Part shown: positions 48,912 through 59,020 of the stretch, piece by piece
Layout: each line of letters begins with the position of its first letter
Position numbering within the stretch: position 1 is the stretch's first letter
DNA from: Gemmatimonadota bacterium
GTDB taxonomy: Bacteria; Latescibacterota; UBA2968; UBA8231
Length of the DNA: 64,000 bases
Assembly: GCA_038128265.1 (NCBI GenBank)
Contig: JAYPJE010000015.1
Span: 1-64,000 of the forward strand
Reading direction: 5' to 3'
Notes under the pieces: generated by a model
Database searches by the model: none
What the model was told of the DNA's origin: nothing
Seen by the model: the letters and a program-made list of their open reading frames with translations, nothing else
Program-made: the position numbers and the translations under genes

Positions 48912-49679
48912 ATGGAAAGCTGTGACTTTCTCGATCTGCTGCGCGAAGGGGGGCACCTGCCTGAGGTTGCCTCCATCGGGCAGGGCGAGCGGCCTTTTGA
49001 GGATACGGAAGGGACGACTATCCTTGCCGTGCGCTATCGCGACGGCGTGCTTGTAGCGGGCGACCGTCGGGCGACCATGGGCAACCTGGTTGTCTATGAT
49101 CGCGCTGATAAGGTGCTGAGTATCGATGACGACTCGGTAATGGCCATTTCGGGCTCGCCGGCCATCGCCTACGAAATAGCGCGCATGTTGGAGATGTCCA
49201 TACAGTACTACAGGCGCAGTCAGCTGCAAACGCTCAGCCTCGACGGCAAGCTGCGGACGCTCTCGCGGCTGCTGCGACAGAACTTGCCGATGGCCATGCA
49301 GGGAGTCGGCGCGGTAATCCCGATCTATGCGGCCTTTGACGAGCGCGATGCGACGGGCAAAATATTTTTCTACGACCTGCTTGGCGCGACGTTTGAGAGC
49401 GTCGATTTTTGCACCACGGGATCGGGGTCGCACATTATTCGCGGTGCGCTCTACTACCTGAATCGGTGGGGCGATACGCCCTTGGCGGAGATGGACGAGA
49501 ACGCCGCGCTGGAACTCGTTGTCAAAATGTTGGAGACGGCGGCCGAGTACGATACGGCCACCGGCGGTTATCGCCAGAGTGCGCGTATTTACCCAACGGT
49601 TATGCGGGTCAGCGCCAACGGCATTCACTGCGTGGAAGAGGGCGAATTGGAAGCGATCTTCCAGGGACGGATGGCTTAG
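48912..49679 (+). CDS. prcB: 20S proteasome beta subunit
   Basis: Propeptide followed by G|TTILA..DGVLVAGDRRATMG, TGSGS and DTATGG. Confidence 0.95.
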   Translation: MESCDFLDLLREGGHLPEVASIGQGERPFEDTEGTTILAVRYRDGVLVAGDRRATMGNLVVYDRADKVLSIDDDSVMAISGSPAIAYEIARMLEMSIQYYRRSQLQTLSLDGKLRTLSRLLRQNLPMAMQGVGAVIPIYAAFDERDATGKIFFYDLLGATFESVDFCTTGSGSHIIRGALYYLNRWGDTPLAEMDENAALELVVKMLETAAEYDTATGGYRQSARIYPTVMRVSANGIHCVEEGELEAIFQGRMA

Positions 49680-50441
49680 ATGTTAGAGGAACCTTATCGC
49701 TGGGTCGAGGCCATGCGCAACCGGCGCGACTACCTAGATGACCAACTGCGCGGCGCTTCGCCGGTAGTGGCTACGCGCTACGAGAACGGCGTTCTGCTGC
49801 TGACAACAACGCCGGGACCGCGCAAAGTATTTGAGGTATACAACGAAATTGCCTTTGCCGCCATCGGCCACCCCGCCGATATCGAGAAGCTGCGCAAGGC
49901 CGTTATCGATATCGCTCATTTAGAGGGTTTTAATCTCTCGGCGAGCGATGTCAACTTGCAGCGCTTGGTAAGCTTTGGAATCGGTCCGCTTGTTAAAGGG
50001 GCGTTTGATGAAATTTTTCGCTCGCCTTTCTTGGCGCGCGTGCTGCTGGCCGAACTGGATCCACCCAGCGGCGACGATGTGTTTTACACCATTGATGCAG
50101 ACGGGTCGTTTGTGCGCGCTGGCCACGCAGCTGCTGTCGGCAGCGAGGAGAGCGTAGAGGCCATCGTCGATGCGCTGAGTGAACACCCGCCCGAAGCGGG
50201 ATTGGATGCCGCCCTAGGAGCTGCGCTCAACGCGTGGGCACGAGGTCGTATGGCTATGGACCGCGAAGAGGGAGAAGACCAGCCCGGCGAAGGGGACGTC
50301 GACGCCTTCCTGCGCGAGGCGCTAGTCGACCTCAAAGTAGAAGCGGCCGTGCTCGATCGCAGTGTATCAACCAAGTCGAAGTTTCGCCTGTTGGGCGACG
50401 ACGACTTGAGGACCGTGCTGAGCGCATATCGCGGGGCGTGA
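49680..50441 (+). CDS. prcA: 20S proteasome alpha subunit
   Basis: Motifs SPVVA, RKVFEVYNEIAFAAIG and EAAVLDR; immediately follows prcB. Confidence 0.9.
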   Translation: MLEEPYRWVEAMRNRRDYLDDQLRGASPVVATRYENGVLLLTTTPGPRKVFEVYNEIAFAAIGHPADIEKLRKAVIDIAHLEGFNLSASDVNLQRLVSFGIGPLVKGAFDEIFRSPFLARVLLAELDPPSGDDVFYTIDADGSFVRAGHAAAVGSEESVEAIVDALSEHPPEAGLDAALGAALNAWARGRMAMDREEGEDQPGEGDVDAFLREALVDLKVEAAVLDRSVSTKSKFRLLGDDDLRTVLSAYRGA

Positions 50442-50443
50442 CC

Positions 50444-51865
50444 ATGAAGGATCGCATCTTTGGGCTAGAGACAGAGTACGGCTGCTTGCCGCCGGATACC
50501 GAGCCCTTCCTGAGTCCAGACTACATATCGGTCAAAACCAAAGACTGCCTGTTTTTTCGCGAGGGGTTGGGTCTCGTCGACATGCATTACCGCGGCCGCG
50601 ACGAGCCGCCGGGCAACGGCGGCTTTCTCTTTAACGGCGGCAGGCTCTACATCGACATGGGACACGTCGAATACGCTACCCCCGAATGTTCCGGCCTCTT
50701 CGACCTAGTGGCCGCTGATCGCGCCGGCGAAGTTATGGTGCAGCGCGCGCTCGATCACCTCGATAGCAGCGGCCGCGCCTCCTTTATAAAGAACAACATA
50801 GACCACTATACGGGGGCGACCTTCGGCTGCCACGAGAACTATTTGGTGCGTCGTGAAGTGCCCTTTTCCCAGGTGTTGCTGCCGGCTATGCTGCCGTTTT
50901 TCGTCACGCGGCAAATCTTTGCCGGGGCCGGTCGCGTTGGCTGCCATACGGATATCTTTGAGTCGGGTGTCGAGCCAGACCAGAGCGTCACGTACCAAAT
51001 TTCGCAGCGCGCCGACCATATCGTCACGGAAATCTACCAGTGGATACAGTTTAGCCGCGCCATTATCAATACGCGCGACGAGCCGCTGGCCGATTGGGGG
51101 CAGTTTCGCCGTTTGCATCTTCTGGTTGGCGATTCGAATATGTCGGAGTACGCTACGGCGCTCAAGGTGGGCACTACGGGTCTGGTGCTGCAGCTCCTAG
51201 AGGAGCGCATCGTGCCAGAAATGGGTTTGCTCAACGCCGTGGACGCCATACGCGATATTTCGCGCGACGTCAGCTGCACGTGGGAAATCCAGCTAGAAGA
51301 CGGTCGCTATACGACGGCCATTGACGTGCAGCGCCACTATTTGGATTTGGCAGAGCGGTATCTGCGCGGGCGCGAAGAGGAGACCGACTGGGTCCTGGAC
51401 GAGTGGCGCTTTGTGCTGGACGGCCTGCTGCACGATCCGGGCGCGCTGATTGATCGCGTCGACTGGATTGCCAAGAAGTCGCTGTTGGAGCAGTTTATGG
51501 AAGCCGAGGGCATCGACTGGCACGATCCGTGGTTGCAGAGCTTGGATTTGGAATACCACAATTTGAATCCCAGCAAGGGCCTGTATTTTGATCTGCTCCG
51601 GCGCGGCCGCATGAAGCGCGTGGTAGACGAGGAGCGCGTCAACAATGCCATCGCCAATCCGCCGGCCGACACGCGCGCTTGGGCGCGCTCGCACGTCATG
51701 CGCGCGCTGACCGAAATGAAGGCGCGCTACGTCGTCGACTGGGATTCGATTTACGTTGAGGACGATCGATATCTCAACATAGATGATCCATTTTGCCTGT
51801 ACGAATCGGACGCGGATGAATTTATCGAAGAGCTCGGTGCAGATGGCGATGATGAAGAAGAATGA
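50444..51865 (+). CDS. pafA: Pup/UBact--protein ligase
   Basis: Motifs RIFGLETEYG, FLFNGGRLYID, HVEYATPEC, FGCHENYL, ISQRADH, INTRDEP, RRLHLLVGDSN and LDLEYH. Confidence 0.92.
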   Translation: MKDRIFGLETEYGCLPPDTEPFLSPDYISVKTKDCLFFREGLGLVDMHYRGRDEPPGNGGFLFNGGRLYIDMGHVEYATPECSGLFDLVAADRAGEVMVQRALDHLDSSGRASFIKNNIDHYTGATFGCHENYLVRREVPFSQVLLPAMLPFFVTRQIFAGAGRVGCHTDIFESGVEPDQSVTYQISQRADHIVTEIYQWIQFSRAIINTRDEPLADWGQFRRLHLLVGDSNMSEYATALKVGTTGLVLQLLEERIVPEMGLLNAVDAIRDISRDVSCTWEIQLEDGRYTTAIDVQRHYLDLAERYLRGREEETDWVLDEWRFVLDGLLHDPGALIDRVDWIAKKSLLEQFMEAEGIDWHDPWLQSLDLEYHNLNPSKGLYFDLLRRGRMKRVVDEERVNNAIANPPADTRAWARSHVMRALTEMKARYVVDWDSIYVEDDRYLNIDDPFCLYESDADEFIEELGADGDDEEE

Positions 51866-51942
51866 AAAGTAGCATTGTGCAAATAATTTATTATATTGAC
51901 TCGTAGTTGACGTACCCACTCCTGCCCCAAGGAGAGTAGTTC

Positions 51943-52398
51943 ATGTTCGCTTCAGCCAACGCTGCGGTTGGCGGCGTGTTTACGGTTCCGCTCAAGGCGC
52001 GTAACCAGATGCGCGTGCCGACGCAGGGCGCGCGCGTGCGCGATGGGTTGGGCATCGCCCCCCTGCGCGCTACAGGTGGATCGCCCGGGTCGCTGCAAAA
52101 GCCCATGGCCGCGCGCAGTAGTTTAGTGACGCCGCCCGCTTCTGGTGGAGGCATCCTTTCGCAGATGCAGGGCCAAGTGCGCAGCGTGAGTCCGCTCACC
52201 GCGGGCGTGCGCAGTGCGCATCGCGCCAAGCCGGGCATGTCAGCCGGCGTGCTGCAGGCGCGGCAAACCGGTCTGCTGGAGCGTATGCGCCGCGCCGATA
52301 GCGGCAGTCGCGTGCTGCAGGCGGGTGCCAATCCACTGCGCAACGGAGGCGGTTTTGGCTTCAAATCCGCTATCAGCAGCATCAATCTTCTCGGATAA
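51943..52398 (+). CDS. Hypothetical basic, low-complexity protein
   Basis: AAGGAGAG RBS and an AT-rich upstream gap. 151 aa rich in A/G/R/S. Confidence 0.55.
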   Translation: MFASANAAVGGVFTVPLKARNQMRVPTQGARVRDGLGIAPLRATGGSPGSLQKPMAARSSLVTPPASGGGILSQMQGQVRSVSPLTAGVRSAHRAKPGMSAGVLQARQTGLLERMRRADSGSRVLQAGANPLRNGGGFGFKSAISSINLLG

Positions 52399-52414
52399 GT
52401 CGCCGCTGTCCACA

Positions 52415-55400
52415 TTGTACCTATCCCACTTTCTGCGCATTTCTTTCACCTTATGGGCGCTTGCCGGCACGGTTTCGGCGAGCGCTTTTGAGTGTGCACT
52501 ACCCACCCCAGCCGGTAAGCGGCTGCAGGTGGGCAATAGCCTGAGTGCGCTGGTCATTTTTGCCCAATTTGCAGGACAGGGCGCTGGCTCATCGGCTCCC
52601 TCTTGGTCGGCAGACCTGTTTAACCCCTCCGTTCCCGGAAGTTTTACCCATTTCTACAACGATATGTCGGGCGGGCTGCTGCAGGTGCGTGGTCGCGTCC
52701 TGCCCAAGCGCTACAGCGCGCTGGATACTGCCGATGCCTATGTTGCGGCTGAAGGGGGCGGAGTGGGTCAGTATGGCCTCTTTAACTTGCAGGTGCTGCG
52801 CCAGGCTGATGCCGATAGCGACTTTGGAGAATTTGATAACGACGGTCCAGACGGCGTGCCCAATTCAGGTGATGATGATGGCTATGTCGACATCGTATTT
52901 ATCAATCTGCACACGGTGCCGCGCGGTTTTTTTATTGGTTCGGCGACGGGACTAGCCTCGCTGGGATTGGATGCCGACTACATCAGCAATGACGCGGCGG
53001 CGGGCGGGGGCTTCGTGCGCGTGCGCAGCCGCTTTAACGGCTTTGGCGGCACGACGCAGCGCGGTCATACGTTCAGCGTTACGGCTTCTACAATGTGTCA
53101 CGAATTTGGCCACGTGCTTGGATTGACCGACTTATTTGATCAGAGCTCGCTCTCGGCGGCGGGCGAGTTGGATCCGGAGCAAGATTCTGCTGGCATCGGC
53201 AAGTGGGGGCTCATGGGATTGGGCACGTTGGGATGGGGCGTTGAAGATGGTCCCAACGCGTTTAGCGGGCCGACGCTGGCCGAGTTGGGATGGGTCGAGG
53301 TCGACGTGTTGGATAAAGCCGCTGCGGGACTCTCTCTCGAAGAAGTCTTTACCGGGCGCCGGCTGCTGAAAATTCCCGTGAGTCGCTACGAGTACTTTCT
53401 ACTCGAATATCGACGAGCGGCCGGCTCGTACTACAATCGAAATATTCCGCAGGACGGCCTGTTGCTGTGGCATGTCGACGAGCGGGCCGACAACGACGAG
53501 GAGCGCCATAAGCGCATCGATCTGGTATGTGCCGATGGGCTCTTTGCCGACAGAGGGGCGCCGTCGACCGCAGCGGATCCATACGCTGGCCGGGACAACC
53601 TCGATTTCTGGTCGCGCGATGCGGCCTATGCCAGTGAGTACAACGGCAACCAGGGCGACGCGGGCGACCCCTTTGACGGCGTGCGCTATCGGCGCATCGC
53701 TTGGGATACCAACCCCGCCCTGCGCGCCCATAGTGGGTCAACGCGCGGCGTCGAGTTGGCCTGGGCTCTGGAAAATATGCGGCCAGAGGGCAACCAGATG
53801 CGCTTTGACTTTGCCGGCACAGCGCGCGAAGGCCATATCGTGGGTCAGGTGCGCTGGGAGGGAGACGTTCAGCTGAACGGCGACGTAGTCGTGCAGCCCG
53901 GTGCGCGCCTAGTGCTAGCCGATGGCGTGCGCGTTGCGCTGGCGCGCGGCGATGCGCGCGGGGCTGGATTTGATCCGGACCGCAGCGAGCTGATCGTCTA
54001 TGGCGAAGTGGTGCAGGAGGGAACGGCCGCTTTTCGCTCTTCAGCGGCGACGCCGGGTGCGCTCGATTGGTCGGGTATTTTTCTGATGGACGGCCAGGCA
54101 TTGGACGAGGGGGCGCTGAGCGTAGAAAATGCGCGTTTTGGCGTCGTGCGCTTTCGCCTGCCTCCAGGACAGACGACCTGGAGCGGCGACGTTTCCGTGC
54201 GCGGCGACCTACTCGTGCCGGTCGACGCCAAGCTGGTAGTCGAACCGGGGACGCAGCTGTTTTTTTCCGAAAGCGATATCGCCGTTAACGGCGTGTCGCC
54301 CAGCTACGTCGAGCTGGTGGTGGAGGGTGCGTTGGAGGCTCGTGGGCAGATTGACGCGCCGCTGCGCTTTACGACGGCACCGAACCCGCAAGACGACCAA
54401 CTATGGTATGGGGTGCGCCTGCTGCCATCGGCGCGCACGGACGTCGCGTTTGCCCAGTTTGACCATGTGGGCTTCGCCTTTAGCGGCGAGATTGGCCGAA
54501 ATGGATCGCTGCGCGTGGCTGATGCGGTCCTGCGCGATGCGGCCGGCGGTGGCGCCAGCGTGACGCTGGTCGGTGAAGCCGGTTTTGAGCGCACGCTGTT
54601 TACGCGCATTACCGGACCGGCGCTGCGCGTTGATGGCAGCGGGCAGGTGACGCTGCGCCAGGCGCGCATTGTCGGCAACGGCCAGGAGGGCATCGTGCTC
54701 AATAACGCCTCGCTGCTGGCACTGGACGTAGAAATCACCAACAACGGTTTGTTGGATGGAGAAGACCCGCGCTCGGGTCTGCGCGCCGTCGGCGGTGGGG
54801 GACAGAAAATCGAGCTGTGGAACGCGACGGTTGAACGCAATAGCAAGCACGGAATTGAATTGGTGGACTGGCTTGGGGAAGTGGAACTATACGATTCCTT
54901 TGTCAACGCGAACTATCGCGATGGCCTGCGCGCCGGTCGGCTCAAAAAGTTGGTGTTTGAGCAGGTTGACGTGCAGCGCAATCTGGGTGGAGGTGTCGCC
55001 GTTGACAGCGCCTACGTAGAGCTGTGGACCAGTTATGTGCTGGGCAATGTCGGCGACGCACTCTACCTGGGACCCGGCAGCACGGGAGCCATTGAAATGG
55101 GACACTTCGGCGGCGGGCCGGGCACCGTGCTCGATCGGGTGGGAACGCTTTTTGTGCGCACCAGCACGTTTGAACGCGCTCCCGTTGGATTGCGCCTGAT
55201 CGACGGCGATCCCGTGCTGGAAAAAAATCGTCTGATCGGCAATGCCGTGGCTCTCCGCATCGAGGGCACTCGCGTGCCGTCGGTCGTGCGCAGTAATGCG
55301 TTTCTCGATAACGCTACGGCGGTTGAAAATCTGACGAACCGGGCGCTGCAGGCGGCGGGGAACTACTGGGGCACTACGGATAGCACGGCCATTGCCGGAC

Positions 55401-55762
55401 TCATGTGGGGCCGAGTTGATTTTTCCGGTTTCCTCGCAGAAGAGCCCGATCCGACGGCGGTCGAACAAGTGCAGGAAGTTCCTTTGCGCTTTGCGTTGGG
55501 ACTGGGCTATCCCAATCCCTTCAATGCCGCTGTCGCCATTCCCTTTGAACTCGGTGAAGCGGTGCATGCCAAACTGTCTGTATACGACGCGCTAGGTCGC
55601 AGGGTGCGCACGCTCGTTGACGCGGCAATGGCCGGCGGAACACACAGCGCCCATTGGGACGGACGCGATGAGCGGGGGGGCGAGGCAGCTTCCGGCCCGT
55701 ATTTTTATCGCCTGCAGGCCGGCGACTTTGCCGCTCAGGGCCGCGTATTGCTGCTGCGCTAG
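52415..55762 (+). CDS. Secreted M6-family (immune inhibitor A-like) zinc metalloprotease with beta-helix repeats and FlgD-Ig/sorting C-terminal domain
   Basis: FDNDGPDGVPNSGDDDGYVD, HEFGHVLGLTDL, WGLMG, EYFLLE and GLLLWHVD; parallel beta-helix-like region; YPNPFN...YDALGRRVRTL...WDG...SGPYFYRL. Start uncertain. Confidence 0.85.
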   Translation: MYLSHFLRISFTLWALAGTVSASAFECALPTPAGKRLQVGNSLSALVIFAQFAGQGAGSSAPSWSADLFNPSVPGSFTHFYNDMSGGLLQVRGRVLPKRYSALDTADAYVAAEGGGVGQYGLFNLQVLRQADADSDFGEFDNDGPDGVPNSGDDDGYVDIVFINLHTVPRGFFIGSATGLASLGLDADYISNDAAAGGGFVRVRSRFNGFGGTTQRGHTFSVTASTMCHEFGHVLGLTDLFDQSSLSAAGELDPEQDSAGIGKWGLMGLGTLGWGVEDGPNAFSGPTLAELGWVEVDVLDKAAAGLSLEEVFTGRRLLKIPVSRYEYFLLEYRRAAGSYYNRNIPQDGLLLWHVDERADNDEERHKRIDLVCADGLFADRGAPSTAADPYAGRDNLDFWSRDAAYASEYNGNQGDAGDPFDGVRYRRIAWDTNPALRAHSGSTRGVELAWALENMRPEGNQMRFDFAGTAREGHIVGQVRWEGDVQLNGDVVVQPGARLVLADGVRVALARGDARGAGFDPDRSELIVYGEVVQEGTAAFRSSAATPGALDWSGIFLMDGQALDEGALSVENARFGVVRFRLPPGQTTWSGDVSVRGDLLVPVDAKLVVEPGTQLFFSESDIAVNGVSPSYVELVVEGALEARGQIDAPLRFTTAPNPQDDQLWYGVRLLPSARTDVAFAQFDHVGFAFSGEIGRNGSLRVADAVLRDAAGGGASVTLVGEAGFERTLFTRITGPALRVDGSGQVTLRQARIVGNGQEGIVLNNASLLALDVEITNNGLLDGEDPRSGLRAVGGGGQKIELWNATVERNSKHGIELVDWLGEVELYDSFVNANYRDGLRAGRLKKLVFEQVDVQRNLGGGVAVDSAYVELWTSYVLGNVGDALYLGPGSTGAIEMGHFGGGPGTVLDRVGTLFVRTSTFERAPVGLRLIDGDPVLEKNRLIGNAVALRIEGTRVPSVVRSNAFLDNATAVENLTNRALQAAGNYWGTTDSTAIAGLMWGRVDFSGFLAEEPDPTAVEQVQEVPLRFALGLGYPNPFNAAVAIPFELGEAVHAKLSVYDALGRRVRTLVDAAMAGGTHSAHWDGRDERGGEAASGPYFYRLQAGDFAAQGRVLLLR

Positions 55763-55799
55763 TGCGCGGAGCATGCGCGTTTAAACGAGGAGCTGGTCG

Positions 55800-56693
55800 G
55801 TGCATACGGGACGAATCGAACGGTGTCCGGACGCGTTACAGCCGCGCCACAGAGAGCAGTATAGTGCGTTGGGCTACGTCGCATTCAACGATGTGCTCAG
55901 TGAGCGAGAAGTCGACGATGCGCGTCGGGCTCTGGCGCGCGTAACGCAGTCCATGATGGAAGCGGTGCATCAGGGCACGGGGCAAATCAAGCAGGCACCC
56001 TGTGGGGCGACGCGCAACTACGCCGGTCCGCGCGTAATCAGAGATGGCAGCCCGTGCGTCCTGCACTTTGAAGCTGGCATTGATCCGCACACGCTCGACC
56101 CTGCACACGTCGAGGACTCGTTTCGCAAACTGCACAACTACCATGCGGAAGACGCCGTGTTCCAGCGCCTGGTCGAATGGCCGCGCATCCGCGGCTTCCT
56201 GTCTGAACTGATCGGTCAAGACATGGTGCTGAAAGACGTCATGGCTCTTTCCAAGCCGCCCTTTATCGGATCGGAAAAGCCGTGGCACCAGGACAATGCC
56301 TACTTTAACTGGCTGCCTCTCGACTGGGTTGGAACGGTGTGGATAGCGCTCGACGATGCGACGGTGGAGAATGGGTGTATGCACGTACTGCCGGGGCAAC
56401 ACGTGCGCGGTCCGCTGCGCCATCACCACACGATCGACTGCGAGATTATCCCCGACCGACTTGATCCATCGCAGGCCGTCCCCATCGAACTGCGCGCAGG
56501 TGGAGTGCTGTACTTTTCCGCTCTGTTGCCCCATCAAACGCCGCCCAATGCCAGCTCTACACGCCGCCGCGCTCTGCAATTTCAGTACCGTTCTATCAAC
56601 GCGTATCAGGTGACGGCAGAGGAGTTTGGCAAGGTCTTTGCCGAAGCGGACGGCACGCCCGCTTCGTGCGCGTTGGCCCATGAGAATGGGTAG
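55800..56693 (+). CDS. PhyH family dioxygenase
   Basis: Motifs KPWHQD, WIALDDATVENGC and LLPHQTPPN. Confidence 0.9.
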   Translation: MHTGRIERCPDALQPRHREQYSALGYVAFNDVLSEREVDDARRALARVTQSMMEAVHQGTGQIKQAPCGATRNYAGPRVIRDGSPCVLHFEAGIDPHTLDPAHVEDSFRKLHNYHAEDAVFQRLVEWPRIRGFLSELIGQDMVLKDVMALSKPPFIGSEKPWHQDNAYFNWLPLDWVGTVWIALDDATVENGCMHVLPGQHVRGPLRHHHTIDCEIIPDRLDPSQAVPIELRAGGVLYFSALLPHQTPPNASSTRRRALQFQYRSINAYQVTAEEFGKVFAEADGTPASCALAHENG

Positions 56694-58908
56694 GGCGGCA
56701 TTTGCCGCGCTGTTTTGGCTGTGCGTATGGGATGTGTCGACCGGGTATAGTGCACTGCAAGCACAGGCTCAGCGCTCCGTAGCGCGGCGCTGGAACGAAG
56801 CGCTGCTCGAGGCCATTCGCAACGATTACGCCCGCCCAACGGTGCACGCGCGCAACCTCTTCCACGTATCGGTCGCCATGTATGATGCTTGGGCGGCCTA
56901 CGACGAAGTCGCCGTGCCCTATGTGCTCGGTCACCGCATCGGATCCTATGCGTGCGGCTTTTCCGGCGTTGAGCAGCCCATCGACGCCGAGGCCGCGCGC
57001 GTTGAGGCAATGAGCTATGCGGCGTATCGCCTGCTGGTGCATCGCTTTAGCGCCTCGCCGGAGGCGCGCGGTTCCCTCAATAGCTTTCGCACGCTGATGA
57101 CGGAGCTGGGCTATACTCCCGCTTTCACATCGATTGACTATACCAGCGGGTCGCCCGCGGCGTTGGGCAACTACATTGCGCGCTGTGTGATAGACTTTGG
57201 CCTACAGGATGGCGCCAATGAGCTCAACGGCTATGCCAGCCTAGCCTACCGCCCGATCAATCCACCATTGCGTCCGGCCGAGCCGGGCAACCCGACGTTG
57301 ATTGACGCCAACCGCTGGCAGTCGCTCTCGCTGCAGATCTTTATCGACCAGTCCGGTCACCAGTTGCCGGGTGGAACGCCGCCCTTTGTAACGCCCGAGT
57401 GGGGTAGCGTTGTGCCCTTTGCTCTAAATGAGGGAGACCGCTCCGTTCGAGTGCGCGCGGGGCATACCTATTCGGTGTATCGCGATCCCGGTCCGCCGCC
57501 CTATACGACCGAGGACGGCAGCGGGACGACGGATGACTACGCGTGGAATTTTGCCCTTGTCGCGCTGTGGTCTGCGCATCTCGATCCGGCCGATGGCGTG
57601 CTGTGGGATATCTCGCCCGGTGCGATCGGCGGTATAGATACGTGGCCGCAGACGCCGGCCGAGCTGCGCGCATTTTACGCGGAGGTCGAGGGAGGAGACG
57701 GCAGCAGGGGACATGCGCACAACCCGCACACGGGTCTGCCCTACGATGCGCAGCGCGTGCCGCGCGGCGACTATGCGCGCGTGCTGGCCGAGTTCTGGGC
57801 TGACGGTCCCAGCTCGGAGACCCCGCCGGGACATTGGTTCGTCCTGCTCAACTACGTCTGCGACCAGCCGGGCTTAGAGCGGCGCATGCGCGGTGACGGG
57901 CCGCTGCTCGATGCGTTGGAATGGGACGTCAAGGCGTATATGGCACTCGGTGGTGCGATGCACGACGCCGCCATTGCGGCTTGGAGTATTAAAGGCTGGT
58001 ATGACTATATACGCCCTATTTCGGCTATTCGCGCCATGGCCGACCGCGGCCAGCGCAGCGACCCACAGCAGCCGCGCTATGCGGCAGGCGGACTGCCCCT
58101 GTATCCGGAAAGTATCGAATTGATCGAAGCGGGCGATGCGCTGGCAGGTGCCGACGGAGAACACGTCGGCAAGATCAAACTGCGCGCCTGGCGCGGTGCG
58201 CATGCGGTGGACAACGCGCGCGAAAACGCCACCGGCGTCGGTTGGATTCGCGCCGAAGACTGGTGGCCCTATCAGCGCCCATCCTTTGTGACGCCTCCCT
58301 TTGCGGGCTACGTATCTGGCCACTCGACCTATTCGCGCGCGGCGGCTGAGGTGTTGACGCTGCTGACTGGAGATGCGTATTTCCCCGACGGCATTGCTCG
58401 GTTTCGCGCGCGTCGCAACGAATTTCTCACCTTTGAGCGAGGGCCGAGCGTCGACGTTGAACTGCAGTGGGCCACCTATCGAGATGCTGCAGACCAGTGC
58501 AGTCTGTCGCGCATCTGGGGAGGTATTCACCCACCGGCCGACGATATGCCCGGTCGCCTGCTGGGTCGGGATATTGGCCAGCAGGCCTTTGCCCATGCCG
58601 AACGCTACTTTGCAGGTCAGGTAGACTACCGTCCGGCGCAGGCCTCAGTCGGAGAAGTCGCCGTGCGAACTTATCCCAACCCGCTGCTTCAGGGGCAGTC
58701 GCTGCGCGTGCTTTTCGATCGCGCGGTCGCCGATGATTTTTTTGAACTGTCCCTCTATGACGTGCTTGGACAGTTGGTCGATAGGCGCCAAGTGGAACGC
58801 CAGCAAGCAGCCGTACAACTCGACGCATCGCTGGCCGCCGGCGTATATCTGCTGCAGGTGCGGGGTGCGGGATGGCAGGCCGGCGCCAAGCTCGTTGTCA
58901 TCGATTAG
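56680..58908 (+). CDS. Secreted vanadium-dependent haloperoxidase/PAP2-family protein with C-terminal sorting domain
   Basis: Signal peptide; KGWYDYIRP, PPFAGYVSGHS and SRIWGGIH; C-terminal YPNP...YDVLGQLV...LAAGVYLL. Confidence 0.85.
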   Translation: MRMGRAAFAALFWLCVWDVSTGYSALQAQAQRSVARRWNEALLEAIRNDYARPTVHARNLFHVSVAMYDAWAAYDEVAVPYVLGHRIGSYACGFSGVEQPIDAEAARVEAMSYAAYRLLVHRFSASPEARGSLNSFRTLMTELGYTPAFTSIDYTSGSPAALGNYIARCVIDFGLQDGANELNGYASLAYRPINPPLRPAEPGNPTLIDANRWQSLSLQIFIDQSGHQLPGGTPPFVTPEWGSVVPFALNEGDRSVRVRAGHTYSVYRDPGPPPYTTEDGSGTTDDYAWNFALVALWSAHLDPADGVLWDISPGAIGGIDTWPQTPAELRAFYAEVEGGDGSRGHAHNPHTGLPYDAQRVPRGDYARVLAEFWADGPSSETPPGHWFVLLNYVCDQPGLERRMRGDGPLLDALEWDVKAYMALGGAMHDAAIAAWSIKGWYDYIRPISAIRAMADRGQRSDPQQPRYAAGGLPLYPESIELIEAGDALAGADGEHVGKIKLRAWRGAHAVDNARENATGVGWIRAEDWWPYQRPSFVTPPFAGYVSGHSTYSRAAAEVLTLLTGDAYFPDGIARFRARRNEFLTFERGPSVDVELQWATYRDAADQCSLSRIWGGIHPPADDMPGRLLGRDIGQQAFAHAERYFAGQVDYRPAQASVGEVAVRTYPNPLLQGQSLRVLFDRAVADDFFELSLYDVLGQLVDRRQVERQQAAVQLDASLAAGVYLLQVRGAGWQAGAKLVVID

Positions 58909-59020
58909 CCGGAGAGCCATAGCCGAGGCCCGTATGTATATGCTAAGGGCGGCCGCTGGCCGCTTAGCCGCCGGTGGATGGTATCTGCACGACAAATACA
59001 TCGTCACAAAGGAGATATAG

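Noticed and set aside
55800..56693. PhyH gene next to the haloperoxidase as a possible Fe/2OG halogenase
   Set aside because: It retains the HQD carboxylate ligand, whereas SyrB2-type halogenases have Ala or Gly there.
58940..58970. GC-rich imperfect hairpin after the haloperoxidase gene
   Set aside because: There is no U-tract and no second copy, so it cannot be supported as a terminator or repeat element.
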